Assembly (NCBI GenBank): GCA_035389045.1 | Contig: DAOORA010000011.1 | Coordinates: 1-64,000, forward strand | Reading direction: 5' to 3' | DNA: 64,000 nucleotides | Origin: Bacteroidales bacterium | Lineage (GTDB): Bacteria; Bacteroidota; Bacteroidia; Bacteroidales; CAIWKO01 | In this document: piece by piece, positions 51,463 through 62,572 of the stretch | Position numbering within the stretch: the stretch's first letter is position 1 | Layout of the letters: each line of letters opens with the position of its first letter | The notes under the pieces: generated by a model | Seen by the model: the letters and a program-made list of their open reading frames with translations, nothing else | What the model was told of the DNA's origin: nothing | The model's database searches: none | Made by a program: the position numbers and the translations under genes

Positions 51463-51999
51463 TATTAATCAGGTCGTTAAATTTGTATTTATTCTCGTAT
51501 TAATGTTTTCAACACATGACCATTCTGCTTATACTTTTAATACACTAAAATTCACATATCTGTGATTCACCATCCATGTGATTTTTTTCATCACGTGGCC
51601 ATTATTTTCAGCAAATATATTACAAACTTTTCGGTCTTTACCGACTACGGGTTAAAAAAAGAGCTTAAAACAAAAACCTGTATGACTGTTCTTCTTCAGA
51701 AAACAATTTACGTTATGCCAGATACATGCGACAAAAAAACAATTTTATATAATCTCCAGTATTATTATAAACTTTTCTGCCAGGGATTTTATGGATGACA
51801 ATAAAACATCTTGCTTCTGACGGTGCATTACAATGAGTCCGTAATAAAAAGCTGTTCTTTCTGGTTCGCATATCTGTCTTTAGTGCTACTTATAAAATAT
51901 TTGATTATGAAGGTGTTCCGCCATTCCGAAAATAACCAACTTATTTTTTTCTAATAATTTTTATTTTGTAAAAAATTAGTATATTTGCAGCCGCAAAAT

Positions 52000-52075
<76 letters not shown>

Positions 52076-52081
52076 AAAAGG

Positions 52082-52109
52082 TCCTCTCGTCGCAGAGAGG
52101 ATTTTTTTT
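52082..52109 (+). terminator. Hairpin plus T-tract between tRNA-Gly and tRNA-Leu
   Basis: TCCTCTC-GTCGCA-GAGAGGA-TTTTTTTT. Confidence 0.6.
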
Positions 52110-52130
52110 AGAGTATAAACGTTCTTTGTT

Positions 52131-52215
52131 GCCCTGGTGGTGGAACTGGTAGACACGCAGGACTTAAAATCCTGTGACCATTGCGGTCGTGCGGGTTCAA
52201 GTCCCGCCCGGGGTA
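52131..52215 (+). tRNA. tRNA-Leu(TAA)
   Basis: CAGGA-CTTAAAA-TCCTG anticodon arm, long variable arm, GGTTCAAGTCC T-loop. Confidence 0.96.
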
Positions 52216-52224
52216 CACATATTT

Positions 52225-52267
52225 TAAAAACCCGGCTGTAAATCAATGATTTGCGGTCGGGTTTTTT
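52225..52267 (+). terminator. Hairpin/terminator after tRNA-Leu
   Basis: AAAAACCCGGCTGTAAATC...GATTTGCGGTCGGGTTTTTT imperfect inverted repeat. Confidence 0.65.
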
Positions 52268-52559
52268 GTTTGGGGGACGAATGTAAAGTATTAAAAAAAT
52301 AATACTACTTGCTTTTGTATAATCTTCAGTTTTGATTGTTGAATTGCCATACCTTGATCTTTTTTTTGTCTCATTGTATTACCCGGCAATTGATTGAGAA
52401 AAAAAGATAAATTTGCATTATCAATATCCAGATGTTCGTCATAATTCTTCGGTATAACAGTACCTTTGACTGCTTGAGGTGCATCCACAGGAGTGTAATA
52501 AAGCCGGAAAAAATAAATTAATGCAGTTTCCACAGATACAACAGTCGTAAAAATCAAAA

Positions 52560-53600
52560 ATGCAACCCAAAAGAAATCTTCTCGTTACTTTAGCCGACAG
52601 CAGGTACATAGAACAGGCTAAACAGTTATTTTCGAGCGTATACTGGAATGCCGGTTGGAAAGGCGACTATATGCTTCTGACACACGATGTTTCCGAAGAT
52701 GATTTGTGTTGGTTCAGGGATAAAGGGATAATTATACGAAAATGTGAATTGCTTTTAGAACAACGATGGGGCAAAGACAAAGGACTTTCCCCTTTGATAG
52801 CTGATAAATATTATTTGTTCACCGAAGAATTTAAAATATGGAAAAACATTATTTACCTTGATTCAGACATTATTGTAAAAGCCCCACTCGAAAGTCTTAC
52901 TAAAATTGAATACCTGGGAGCGGCACAGGATATTTATTTTAACAAATTAAATTCTCAGCTGTACGATAAATCCAAAAACCGATTCAATAATAAAACATAT
53001 AACTTAAAAACAGCTGTGTTTAATGCCGGCGTTTTATCATTCAATACGGATATCATCACCCCAGGTCTCTTTGACGAATTAAACGACCTGCTGAAAAACC
53101 ATGTATCGGAATTCATCTATGGCGAACAAACGGCATTAAACCTCTGTTACTATAAAAAATGGAAAAGAATTCCCGCTGTATATAATGTTTTTGTCAATTA
53201 CCATCGTCTCGGACTAAAAAAAAAGATAAATGGTATCATTTTGCATTTTGCAGGGCTTGCCTTCAATGCTCCACCACCAATTTGGAATACTGAAAGTCCC
53301 TTTTATGCCGAGTGGAAATCTAACCGTGAAAAAGCAGAATTGATTGATCTGGGTAAGGTACAGAAAATCAAAAAATGGAATGTATTTAAAATAATTTTCT
53401 ATTCTTTAGTTTTAAAAGCAGATTATTTATTTATAATATTTAAATTCAGGCTATTGTCATCTCCTTTTTATAAAATAGTAACCTTTTTTCGTTATATCCG
53501 GAATTTGCCGGAAAGAATACTGGGAATATCTGGTATGTGTATAAAAAAATTTAATCCTGCGCTTTACCAGAAACTGAAAAAAGTGAAAAATGGAAAATAA
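52560..53600 (+). CDS. GT8-family glycosyltransferase, paralogue 1
   Basis: YLDSDIIV, FNAGV, EQTALN, YN, ILHF. Confidence 0.85.
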   Translation: MQPKRNLLVTLADSRYIEQAKQLFSSVYWNAGWKGDYMLLTHDVSEDDLCWFRDKGIIIRKCELLLEQRWGKDKGLSPLIADKYYLFTEEFKIWKNIIYLDSDIIVKAPLESLTKIEYLGAAQDIYFNKLNSQLYDKSKNRFNNKTYNLKTAVFNAGVLSFNTDIITPGLFDELNDLLKNHVSEFIYGEQTALNLCYYKKWKRIPAVYNVFVNYHRLGLKKKINGIILHFAGLAFNAPPPIWNTESPFYAEWKSNREKAELIDLGKVQKIKKWNVFKIIFYSLVLKADYLFIIFKFRLLSSPFYKIVTFFRYIRNLPERILGISGMCIKKFNPALYQKLKKVKNGK

Positions 53601-54639
53601 GAAAAAACTGCTTGTGACTTTAGCAAACAGCAGTTACATAACACAAGCCAGACAGTTATTTTCCTGCGTTTACTGGAATGCGGGATGGGATGGGGATTAT
53701 ATGCTGTTAGCTTGTGAAATAGCAGAGCATGAGCTGGTATGGTTCAGGGATAAAGGAATATTAATAAAAACATGCACTCCTTTATTTGATGGTTCTTTGG
53801 GACATCGTAATTATTCCACTACGGTAACAGCAAAATTTTATCTCTTTACCGAAGAATTTAAAAAATGGGAACATATCATTTTTTTGGATGCAGATATTAT
53901 TGTCAGAGCAACCTTAGACGGGTTAATAAGGACAGAAGGGTTTTCCAGCCCAAAAACCTGCAAAAACTATTTCAAACATTACTTCACGGCAAATGAAAGT
54001 AATGACCTGGCGCTCCTGAAAAAAGATTATAATTTTAACCGACCGGCTTTCAACTCAGGTGTAATTTCTTTTAATACCAGCCTGATTGAACCTGATACTT
54101 TTGAAAAAATATGCGGTATTTTTTATAAATACGCAGATATTTCTAACGGTGATGATTCTATATTGAATTTGTTTTTTTATAAACAGTGGAACATTGTACC
54201 TATTGTGTATAATGTACTGGTTCATAACTTTGGATTAAAAAAGTACAATAAGGCTATTGTACTTCACTTCAATAAACCGGCAAACTTTCGTGAAAAGAAC
54301 CTGAGGCCATGGGAAGAAGGAAATCCCTTTTACCACGAATGGAAGGCCAACCTCGACAAAGCAGAATATATCGATTTGCAAAATGTACAGCCCGGGAAAA
54401 AATGGAACTTTTTTGAAATAAAAATCCATTCTTTTCTAATAAACTCATGGATATATATAAACATAGTGTATAATAGTTTGAAATTTTTTTTTGGTAACAC
54501 CTTGAAATACCATGTGCTTTATAAATTGGGATACTATTTAATTTATATTAAAAACTCTCCGGAAAGGCTTATAGGAAGGGTTGGAGCAATGCTGAAAAAA
54601 TACCGGCCTGACTTATACAATAAATTAAAAAATAAATAA
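53590..54639 (+). CDS. GT8-family glycosyltransferase, paralogue 2
   Basis: FLDADIIV, FNSGV, DDSILN, VLHF..PW. Confidence 0.85.
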   Translation: MENKKKLLVTLANSSYITQARQLFSCVYWNAGWDGDYMLLACEIAEHELVWFRDKGILIKTCTPLFDGSLGHRNYSTTVTAKFYLFTEEFKKWEHIIFLDADIIVRATLDGLIRTEGFSSPKTCKNYFKHYFTANESNDLALLKKDYNFNRPAFNSGVISFNTSLIEPDTFEKICGIFYKYADISNGDDSILNLFFYKQWNIVPIVYNVLVHNFGLKKYNKAIVLHFNKPANFREKNLRPWEEGNPFYHEWKANLDKAEYIDLQNVQPGKKWNFFEIKIHSFLINSWIYINIVYNSLKFFFGNTLKYHVLYKLGYYLIYIKNSPERLIGRVGAMLKKYRPDLYNKLKNK

Positions 54640-54726
54640 AAAGTGGTTTTCATATTGATTAATTTTATATGCGCATTCAGGGTTGAAATAAAAGTAACTA
54701 TTCATCCCATTGAAGCACCTGAAAAC

Positions 54727-54884
54727 AAAAAGATTCCTCATTTCGCTTCGCTCATTCGGAATGATATTAGGGTTTGTTATTGGGGAGGGAGGAAAGCAGC
54801 GGGGCGCTTTTGCCCCGCTGCTTTCCTCCCTCCTATACCCTCCAAAATTGAATTGTCATTCCGAACATCGTGAGGAATCTTTTT
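54727..54884. repeat. REPIN-like nested inverted repeat with a perfect 22-bp central stem
   Basis: AAAAAGATTCCTCA/TGAGGAATCTTTTT outer arms, TTCGGAATGA/TCATTCCGAA inner arms, stem 54784-54805 with 54812-54833. Confidence 0.85.
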
Positions 54885-55082
54885 TAATTCGTGAGACAAA
54901 ATGAAACATTCTGAATAACAAGCATATAACAACCGTATAGAATTTCCTTATGATATTTACTATGAAGTAAATAGTTACAAATAATAAAAAATGTATTGTT
55001 GTTGAAAAATTGATTTTTAGTATGTTTTAAAAAAACAGATTTAACTCTTGATTCATATTATAAACGAATTAGGAAAATAAAA

Positions 55083-56102
55083 GTGGAAAACAAAAAGAAC
55101 TTACTGGTAACCCTTGCCGATAAAAAATTCCTTCCTCAGGCAAAACAACTTTTTTCAAGCGTTTATTGGAACGCCGGATGGGACGGCGACTACATGCTTC
55201 TCGGCGCTGAAATTCCTGAAGAAGAACTCTGGTGGTTTTACGATAAAAAAATCCTGGTAAAAAAATGCAAAACCTTATATGATAAAAACATTGGCGCAGA
55301 CAAATTTCCACCCTTAGTACTGGATTTGTTCTATTTATTTACACCGGAATTCCGAAAATGGAAAAACATTGTTTTTCTGGATGCCGACATTATTGTAAGG
55401 GCTTCACTGGAATCATTAACAAAAGTAAAAGGGTTTGCCAGCCCTAATATACTAGGAGACAAACTTTTTCTTTTTTTCTGCAAAGACGCAGATATTCAGC
55501 AATATAAGATGTTAGAAGCAAACTATGATTTAAATGTGACGCCTTTTAACTCTGGTGTCATCGCCTTTTCCACAGATATTATTAAAGATGACACGTTTGA
55601 TCAGCTCATGAATTTATTCTACACTTACGAAAATATCAATTCCGGAAATGACCCGATATTAAATCTTTTGTTTTATAAGAAATGGAAAAAACTACCCATT
55701 GTCTATGATATCACACCTAAAACAATTTCAAAATATACTGGATTAAATGCGGATAAACTCCAAGGCATTATAATGCACCTGAAGGACGATGAATTATCTG
55801 ATGAAAAATATGCTTTTTATAAAGAATGGAAACTTAATCTTGAAAAGGCAGAAAACATTGATTTAAAAAAGACTCCAAAGGCAAAAAAATGGTCTGCGTT
55901 TAGAATTACATATTATTCAGGGGTAATTAAAACAAGATACTTCTTATACCTGTTTAAAATCAGCACATTTCCGAAAATCAGGATTAAACTTAAATCTGGC
56001 ATACTATATATTATTTATTTGCCGGATCGTTGTGCCGGAAAGGCCGGATCGTTATTAAAAAAACATTATCCTGCATTATATAAAAAACTCAAAAAAAACT
56101 GA
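55083..56102 (+). CDS. GT8-family glycosyltransferase, paralogue 3
   Basis: FLDADIIV, FNSGV, NDPILN; same N-terminus (LLVTLAD...AKQLFSSVYWNAGW) as the other two. Confidence 0.85.
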   Translation: MENKKNLLVTLADKKFLPQAKQLFSSVYWNAGWDGDYMLLGAEIPEEELWWFYDKKILVKKCKTLYDKNIGADKFPPLVLDLFYLFTPEFRKWKNIVFLDADIIVRASLESLTKVKGFASPNILGDKLFLFFCKDADIQQYKMLEANYDLNVTPFNSGVIAFSTDIIKDDTFDQLMNLFYTYENINSGNDPILNLLFYKKWKKLPIVYDITPKTISKYTGLNADKLQGIIMHLKDDELSDEKYAFYKEWKLNLEKAENIDLKKTPKAKKWSAFRITYYSGVIKTRYFLYLFKISTFPKIRIKLKSGILYIIYLPDRCAGKAGSLLKKHYPALYKKLKKN

Positions 56103-56210
56103 AGACATAAACCTATAGAAAATCCTTCAAATCAATCCCGAAGGCACCTAAAAAATTTTCACTACTGTCCGGGAAATTAAACAAAATGCTTTTTGCTCTG
56201 CCAATTTTTT

Positions 56211-57617
56211 TTACAGGCCTAATCTATCAATAATCTTGAACAGAGGCCTTATTATTTTGTGGTAAAAAGACACATACATTATCGCAAAGGGAAAAGCCCG
56301 CTGATAGGAGGAAAATTTTATAGTTCCGACCGCCTCCAGCTCTTTTATCTCAATGGGAATTCCGCAATATTCATCATGATCTGTTCTGAAATGTATTCCA
56401 AATTTATCAGGGTTTCTCTGAAAAGGGGCTCCAAATCCGGGAAGTTTCATCAGCGATGAAGAGTGAGTGATATTTAAAATGCTTAAACATAAAAAATAGG
56501 GTTTTAACTTAAACGAATACTTGATGAGATTGGCCAAAAAAAGCCGGGGACTTTCTTTCGGGAGCCCCATCAATAAAAAAATAAATGAATTCATCCCGAT
56601 TTTTCTGAATACCTTTATCGCTTCAGTGAGCTGTGAAATGGTATAATCTTTTCGTATGGCATCCAGTGTTTCCTGGTTGAACGACTCAACACCGAGTCCC
56701 GCTTGTTCGCAACCAGACTCCTGCATGGTTCTTAAGATGGTTTCATCACAATCCACCACATGTATCAGACAACGCCATTTAATATCCGGAAAGTTTGTCC
56801 GGATGGCGTCACAAAGCTTCAATATATGATCTTTGGGCGGCATAAAATAATCATCGCCGAAATAAAATCTCCTGTACCCGTAATTATAAAGTATCCGCAT
56901 CTCTTCAATGGTTTTCTCAACGCTCTGGATACGGTAATTATGCTGGGTTTTTTTACAGAAACCACAACGGCCTTTGCGCGGGCAGCCCCGTGAAGCAATC
57001 AGATTGACTATCGGGTTAGATTCCCTGTATTTTTCAATATTCACCAATTCCCTGTTGGGTATAGGCAGCGTTTCAAGATCACAATAATTGGTTCGCCGGT
57101 TGATAATAATACCTTCCGGACCTTTGTACGCAATTCCCTTAACATCCTTCCAGTCTTCATTGTTTTCAATTCTGCTTAAAAGCTCCAATATCGTTAATTC
57201 TCCTTCCCCTAAAACAATTATGTCAATCAGCTCCTTATCAAGCAATTCGGAATAATGAAACGTTGCATCAAATCCACCCGCAATCAACAGCTTGCCATTT
57301 GATTTATAGGCATGAAGCCTGTCAAGAAATTGTCCATCTATTTTGCCATCAAAAGAAACTCCGATTACACCCTTGATATCACTGCTGAAATCCTGAAAAT
57401 TAAGGTCAATTACTTCTACTTCATGACCATTTGCCTGTAAGAATGATGCGATATATAAAACGCCCATGGGATACCACAGATCAAGAGGCTTTTCGACCGG
57501 GTTCTTTTTAATCAGGCGGCGTAATGATTTCCTCATTTTCAGTGCAACAGCGGGATATAGATATTCTTCTGCCTGGTTAACAATGATCTGGGGAGGTTTA
57601 ATGAGTGTTATTAGCAT
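56211..57617 (-). CDS. B12-binding radical SAM protein (class B methyltransferase-like)
   Basis: PMGVLYIASFL, IAGGFDAT, GEGE, ASRGCPRKGRCGFC, GVESFNQETL, GLPKES. Confidence 0.88.
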   Translation of the reverse strand: MLITLIKPPQIIVNQAEEYLYPAVALKMRKSLRRLIKKNPVEKPLDLWYPMGVLYIASFLQANGHEVEVIDLNFQDFSSDIKGVIGVSFDGKIDGQFLDRLHAYKSNGKLLIAGGFDATFHYSELLDKELIDIIVLGEGELTILELLSRIENNEDWKDVKGIAYKGPEGIIINRRTNYCDLETLPIPNRELVNIEKYRESNPIVNLIASRGCPRKGRCGFCKKTQHNYRIQSVEKTIEEMRILYNYGYRRFYFGDDYFMPPKDHILKLCDAIRTNFPDIKWRCLIHVVDCDETILRTMQESGCEQAGLGVESFNQETLDAIRKDYTISQLTEAIKVFRKIGMNSFIFLLMGLPKESPRLFLANLIKYSFKLKPYFLCLSILNITHSSSLMKLPGFGAPFQRNPDKFGIHFRTDHDEYCGIPIEIKELEAVGTIKFSSYQRAFPFAIMYVSFYHKIIRPLFKIIDRLGL

Positions 57618-57942
57618 GGAATTAAATATTTATTGAATTCCCAATTTTACAGCAGCGGCTGGTTTCTAATACCCTGAATCATATTGTGTAGCAAAAATAT
57701 TATTAATTGCTATGTTTTTTTTATGAAAATATAGTATTGTCCGTTGGGAAAAAAACACTTTTTTTAGATAAATTATCTGCAAAGTTAACAAAAAAGCATA
57801 ATAATATTTACCCCGTCGAAGAACCTGTTCCGTGCGCGCTACAAGTGCAGGCAACAAAAATCCATATAAAATAAGATCAGATGTCTAAATCCGGGCAACT
57901 GTTATCTGCGGACTATTAACGTCAACTGGTTTATTATCAGCC

Positions 57943-59226
57943 CTACAGATCTGTTTTTTCCATTTGCTGTATGATCATCTTACAACGAAAATCCCAGGTA
58001 TTCATGGCAAGTTCTTTATTCATCACAGCCTTGTACCCCGGGTCGTTTTTCAGCAAAAGCGCTTTTTTGATTTGCTGAACAAATTCCCCGCTGTTTCCGG
58101 CGATAATTACAGATTCAAAATTACGGCACTCTGCAATGTTGGTGCTGACTACAGGGATGTTCATCGCCAGAAATTCAAACAGTTTTACCGGTGAAATAGA
58201 ATTGGTGATATCATTGATCAGAAGCGGCAGCATGGCAACATTAAAATATCGGGCATAAAGTGGTAACTCACTGTAATTTTTTCCGCCAAGAAAATAAACA
58301 TTCGGACAGTCATCCCATTTGAATTCATGCAGGCAGTGATCATAGTCGGGGCCTATAATTACAATATTCACCCCGGGCAATTCCCGTGCTGTAAACCGTA
58401 TCAATTCGTAATCCATTTTCCATTTGGCTAATATTCCGTAATAGCCGATGACGGGTTTTTTCTGTATAAGTATCTCCGTCAGGTCGGGAGGCGGAGACAT
58501 CTGTTCCTTCCCCATAAAATCATCAGGAAAGACCGCGTTGGGGATGAGCAAGGTGTCTTTTCTTATATTCAGAATTTCATCCCTGAGTGCATCCGAAGTC
58601 GCCATGACAACTTTTGCCAGATTCAGGGCAAGCCGCTGTTCCTTAAGCATTTTTTTGTTATACAAAGGCATAATTTCCAGTTTGTCTACGTGGTCATATA
58701 TTAATTTATATTCCTTGAAATACTTCAGATAAAACATATTGACCGTATATTGGGAATATATCCACGGGTGGCTGATTTTTTTTAACAACCGCACTCTGGA
58801 ACAAATATAAAGCCGCTCTGCAATTTTTTTTATACCAATGATTTTATCCCTCCCGATGTCCGTTGTCATGAAGACAGCCGTCCAGCCAGCCCTGGCAAAG
58901 GCACGCGGCAGATGGTGAGGCCTTTGCATCAAATCATTCCATGCCATCTGGGGTAGAAATATAATAACCTTATCCGATCCGGGATTAAAAGGTTTGGGCC
59001 AGGGAAGCCAGTAATAGCGCAAGAAATGCGTATGTATTTTGAGCCAGATTCTTTGCCAGGAAACAGGCAGCCGGGGCGAAATTTTATGTATCGGGTTAAC
59101 CAAATATCTGAATGGTAATAAAAAAAAATCTACCGTAAGATTAACCGCAACGTAAAAATATCGTTTAAAAAACAAAAAGAATCTTTTTAAAAAAAAATGA
59201 AGGGAATGGTTATTATGTTCTTTCAT
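57943..59226 (-). CDS. GT-B glycosyltransferase (TuaH-like), paralogue 4
   Basis: QRPHHLPRAF, YDHVD, SPVKLFEFLAMNIPVVST. Confidence 0.85.
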   Translation of the reverse strand: MKEHNNHSLHFFLKRFFLFFKRYFYVAVNLTVDFFLLPFRYLVNPIHKISPRLPVSWQRIWLKIHTHFLRYYWLPWPKPFNPGSDKVIIFLPQMAWNDLMQRPHHLPRAFARAGWTAVFMTTDIGRDKIIGIKKIAERLYICSRVRLLKKISHPWIYSQYTVNMFYLKYFKEYKLIYDHVDKLEIMPLYNKKMLKEQRLALNLAKVVMATSDALRDEILNIRKDTLLIPNAVFPDDFMGKEQMSPPPDLTEILIQKKPVIGYYGILAKWKMDYELIRFTARELPGVNIVIIGPDYDHCLHEFKWDDCPNVYFLGGKNYSELPLYARYFNVAMLPLLINDITNSISPVKLFEFLAMNIPVVSTNIAECRNFESVIIAGNSGEFVQQIKKALLLKNDPGYKAVMNKELAMNTWDFRCKMIIQQMEKTDL

Positions 59227-59350
59227 AAAAGTTCAGAAATAAATTTGGAAATCTGCATCTGGGATAGGTTAAATATCTTTTTTTGTGACTTATATTTAAT
59301 TAGATCAATAATATACCGGCAATAAACGCATCAACAAAAATACATGTTTA

Positions 59351-59509
59351 GAAACTGTTTTGATTTTATGTTACATAAGATTTATGATGGATTTTTTAGC
59401 GAAACGAGGCAGATTTTGCAGACATAGTTTATCCTATGTCGAAAAATCTAACGAAGTTGCAGCAAAAAAGACGCATAAAGATATGAAAAGATAAAATCAT
59501 AACAATTTC
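59351..59509. mobile_element. 159-bp MITE-like element, family B
   Basis: TTA-GAAACTGTTTTGATTTTAT ... ATAAAATCATAACAATTTC-TAA imperfect terminal repeats; internal AGATTTT..GACATAG/CTATGTC..AAAATCT hairpin. Confidence 0.7.
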
Positions 59510-59593
59510 TAATAAAAGAAAATAATAACTATTTTACCGGTCAGTCTGCCCTTCAGCCTGATACTTATAAAAGGGAGTGTTCGGCCATTCACA

Positions 59594-61324
59594 TCAATGG
59601 TCTTTGCAGATGATTTTTGATATCTCCCGGATATAATAAGAGTTCATCTTTTCTGTGGGATGATGATCTTCTTTGTGAAGCTCATATTGAGATATGTTAA
59701 TTCTATAATCAGAAGGACTGGCAACGGGTATTATTTTTATTTTTTTGTTTAAAAATGGTACCCAGGCCGTATCCTTAACCCAACCCGGAAACAAACCCAC
59801 GTAAAATGCCCCGTAAGGTTTGAGTTTCCAATATTTATCAGCCATATAGTTAATTGATCCGGCAAACCTTCTGTAAAAGTTCTCGTTTTTCGGATAAGAA
59901 AAAACTATATTATTATAAATTGCAGTTTCCGAATTATTCAATATCCACGCAATCTGCCTTTTAATAAACGAATGGTTTTTAAATACCAACCTGTCATTTT
60001 CAATAAAAAAAGCAGGCGAGACATCCCATGACAGAACCTGGCTATCGCCATACACCCTGCCCAAATGATCATCTATATATGTATAAAGACAAAAACCGCT
60101 GTCTTCCGGAACAGAACTGTTATTCAAGGTATTGACACCCTCATCAAATAACAAACAGCATTGCTTGGGGCACCAGCCAATAAATCCATAATTATATGAT
60201 ATAAAACCGGGATTTTCTTTATGAAATATTTCCGGAAATGTAGAACGGAAAGTCAAGCCCTGACCAAAAGTAAACGAACAACCCAAAAAAACAGCATGTT
60301 TTTTATGGAGCAGACCGTGCTCTTTTTCTGACTCATTCTTATCTTCATCTTCAGATATCCTTCTGCTATACCGATCCGATGAATAATATAAATCATAAAT
60401 CGTATCATTACCAGCCAGTTTGTAAAATCTTTTCCTTACACTATTGGGCTGAAACATTCCGCCTATTCTCCACTCGTACAAATATAAATTTTTTTCTTTA
60501 ATTTCTTTAATATCCACCCCGGAATTAAAAAAACCAAATAAAAACTCGAAAAATATCAATATGATCAATAATGATTTTATCAGAAATAGTGCATAACTCT
60601 TTTTAATTTGCAATAAAACTTGTAATGCAACCGCAAGAAACAAAAACACGAAAAGGAAATATTTTACATGGATATGATCCGGCCAAAGCACAGGCCATAA
60701 TATAAGAAGGATAAAAACGATGAAAAGCAGAAAATATTGGACTTTTTTTTGATGCAACAGCATTCTGAGCTTGTGCTTGTACTTTTGCGGAATTGTCCGG
60801 GCAATGAACACAGTTAAATACAATATGCCCAGCATGCAAAATATGATAAATATCATTATCGTCACTACCTTAACAAATGGATTTGTAAACGGAAATGATG
60901 AAGAAATCTTATCACACAATGTTCCGTTGCTTTTCAGTACAGAAGGGAATTCATAGGTGTGTGAAACACCTGATGATGAAACCGGATGCAGTTCTTTGAT
61001 ACGAAACGTGTATGTTTTATTACTTAATACAGTTCGAATGAACAATATTTTTGCAGCAAGGGTATCCGGAACAGTAATCTCAATGGATCTGAAAGAGCCG
61101 GAAATATTAGAAATTCCTGATGACGTAACATCGATTTTTTTGTTGACAGGGGTGACGCCTGAAATAACGATTAATCCGGTTTCATCAGGAGAAATACCCG
61201 TAAACTCTACACGGACTAAGTCATAAATGGCAATTTTCCTGAAATAGAGGAAATAATATGCAAAACATATAATCAGACCAAATATAAATAGCGAACTGAA
61301 AATTATTAATAGTTTCTTTTTCAT
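59594..61324 (-). CDS. Multi-pass membrane protein with C-terminal SGNH-like domain
   Basis: Several TM helices; FLGCSFTFGQG block-I-like motif and D.HP near the C-terminus. Confidence 0.65.
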   Translation of the reverse strand: MKKKLLIIFSSLFIFGLIICFAYYFLYFRKIAIYDLVRVEFTGISPDETGLIVISGVTPVNKKIDVTSSGISNISGSFRSIEITVPDTLAAKILFIRTVLSNKTYTFRIKELHPVSSSGVSHTYEFPSVLKSNGTLCDKISSSFPFTNPFVKVVTIMIFIIFCMLGILYLTVFIARTIPQKYKHKLRMLLHQKKVQYFLLFIVFILLILWPVLWPDHIHVKYFLFVFLFLAVALQVLLQIKKSYALFLIKSLLIILIFFEFLFGFFNSGVDIKEIKEKNLYLYEWRIGGMFQPNSVRKRFYKLAGNDTIYDLYYSSDRYSRRISEDEDKNESEKEHGLLHKKHAVFLGCSFTFGQGLTFRSTFPEIFHKENPGFISYNYGFIGWCPKQCCLLFDEGVNTLNNSSVPEDSGFCLYTYIDDHLGRVYGDSQVLSWDVSPAFFIENDRLVFKNHSFIKRQIAWILNNSETAIYNNIVFSYPKNENFYRRFAGSINYMADKYWKLKPYGAFYVGLFPGWVKDTAWVPFLNKKIKIIPVASPSDYRINISQYELHKEDHHPTEKMNSYYIREISKIICKDH

Positions 61325-61470
61325 TTGATATCGGTTTTATCGGATCTGCAAAAAGAAAGGCATACAAAATTACGAATAATATGATTTGACGGTCTTTCGT
61401 ATTAGCGGATTTTGAATGATCAAAAAAACAACTAAGAAATCGAATTACTTCCGCCAGATGATTTGAATTT

Positions 61471-62562
61471 TTACCTCAGGCATTTTTTTACGGCATCAAA
61501 GACATCTTCAACGGTGATTGGGCCCATATACCCATCTCTGTTTACATTTTTAAAGATCCCCTTATCGTTTTGAATGGCCGGCTCAAGAGGCGTCTTATAA
61601 ATAGAAATATTCCCAGAACCATAAGGGCCCCATAATACCGGAGTATTCGGGCCAAAAAGCCCTATCGTCCTGCACCCCTGTGCAGCCGCAATATGCATTG
61701 GCCCCGTATCATTGCTGATATAAACATCGCATTTCGAGATGAGATAAAATGTTTCTTTTAATGAAAATAATCCTTGAGTATTTAAAGGTTGTTGGTTCAT
61801 CAGTAAAATAATTCTGGTCACCGTATCGGCATTTGCCTGACTGTCAATAAAAACAACTTCCGCATCCAGTTCTCGGATGAGCCTGTCTGAAAGTTCTGCA
61901 AACCTTTCTTCAAACCACATCCTGTTCTTTGATGATTCGGCAACCCCCGGTGTAATGCCAATAATTGTTTTACCGGTAAGATTCCTTGAGACATATTCAT
62001 CAACGCTAATCCGTTCCTGTGGGCCGGCAGTTAATTTTTCAAGTGATCGTGTATCATACTGTTTTCCTAAAACCCTCAGCATGTCGAGATAATTCTGAAC
62101 CATATGCTGATCTTTTCTGAACCTGACTGTTTGGTTATATAAACAAGACCGCAGCTGCCTGGAAAAACCTATTCTCTTTTTTCCCAACAAAAAAGAAAGC
62201 GCGGCGCTCAGGTTGAAATATGGTTCACAGTCGAAAACGACATCATACTTGCGCATCTTCTTCAGAATGTTTATAAACCCCGAAGATGAGTCAAGATTAT
62301 ATATGTGATCCGCTAAAGGGAACGACTCATAAACATCCTTCACCCGTGTACGCATCAGCACATCAACCATAGAACCATTATAGGTCTCTTTTATTCCTCT
62401 GATCAGCGAAAGCGTGAGCACCGAATCGCCCAAGGCCCATAGCTTGATGATCAGAAATTTTTTGTCATTCCTGCCATTCCTGTCAAATATCCTGAATAAA
62501 TACAAGAAAAGAACAATGACATATCCTAAATATTTATCAATAAATCTCTGAAAGCTGACCAT
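61471..62562 (-). CDS. GT9-family glycosyltransferase (heptosyltransferase-like)
   Basis: IKLWALGDSVL, ISNDTGPMHIAAA, GLFGP.T....WGP. Confidence 0.9.
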   Translation of the reverse strand: MVSFQRFIDKYLGYVIVLFLYLFRIFDRNGRNDKKFLIIKLWALGDSVLTLSLIRGIKETYNGSMVDVLMRTRVKDVYESFPLADHIYNLDSSSGFINILKKMRKYDVVFDCEPYFNLSAALSFLLGKKRIGFSRQLRSCLYNQTVRFRKDQHMVQNYLDMLRVLGKQYDTRSLEKLTAGPQERISVDEYVSRNLTGKTIIGITPGVAESSKNRMWFEERFAELSDRLIRELDAEVVFIDSQANADTVTRIILLMNQQPLNTQGLFSLKETFYLISKCDVYISNDTGPMHIAAAQGCRTIGLFGPNTPVLWGPYGSGNISIYKTPLEPAIQNDKGIFKNVNRDGYMGPITVEDVFDAVKKCLR

Positions 62563-62572
62563 CAGGTAATCT

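Noticed and set aside
52291..52557. 88-aa ORF upstream of GT8
   Set aside because: No recognisable motif, and it overlaps the likely GT8 promoter region; cannot be supported.
54643..54904. Two short ORFs between GT8 genes
   Set aside because: They read through the REPIN-like palindrome and show no protein features.
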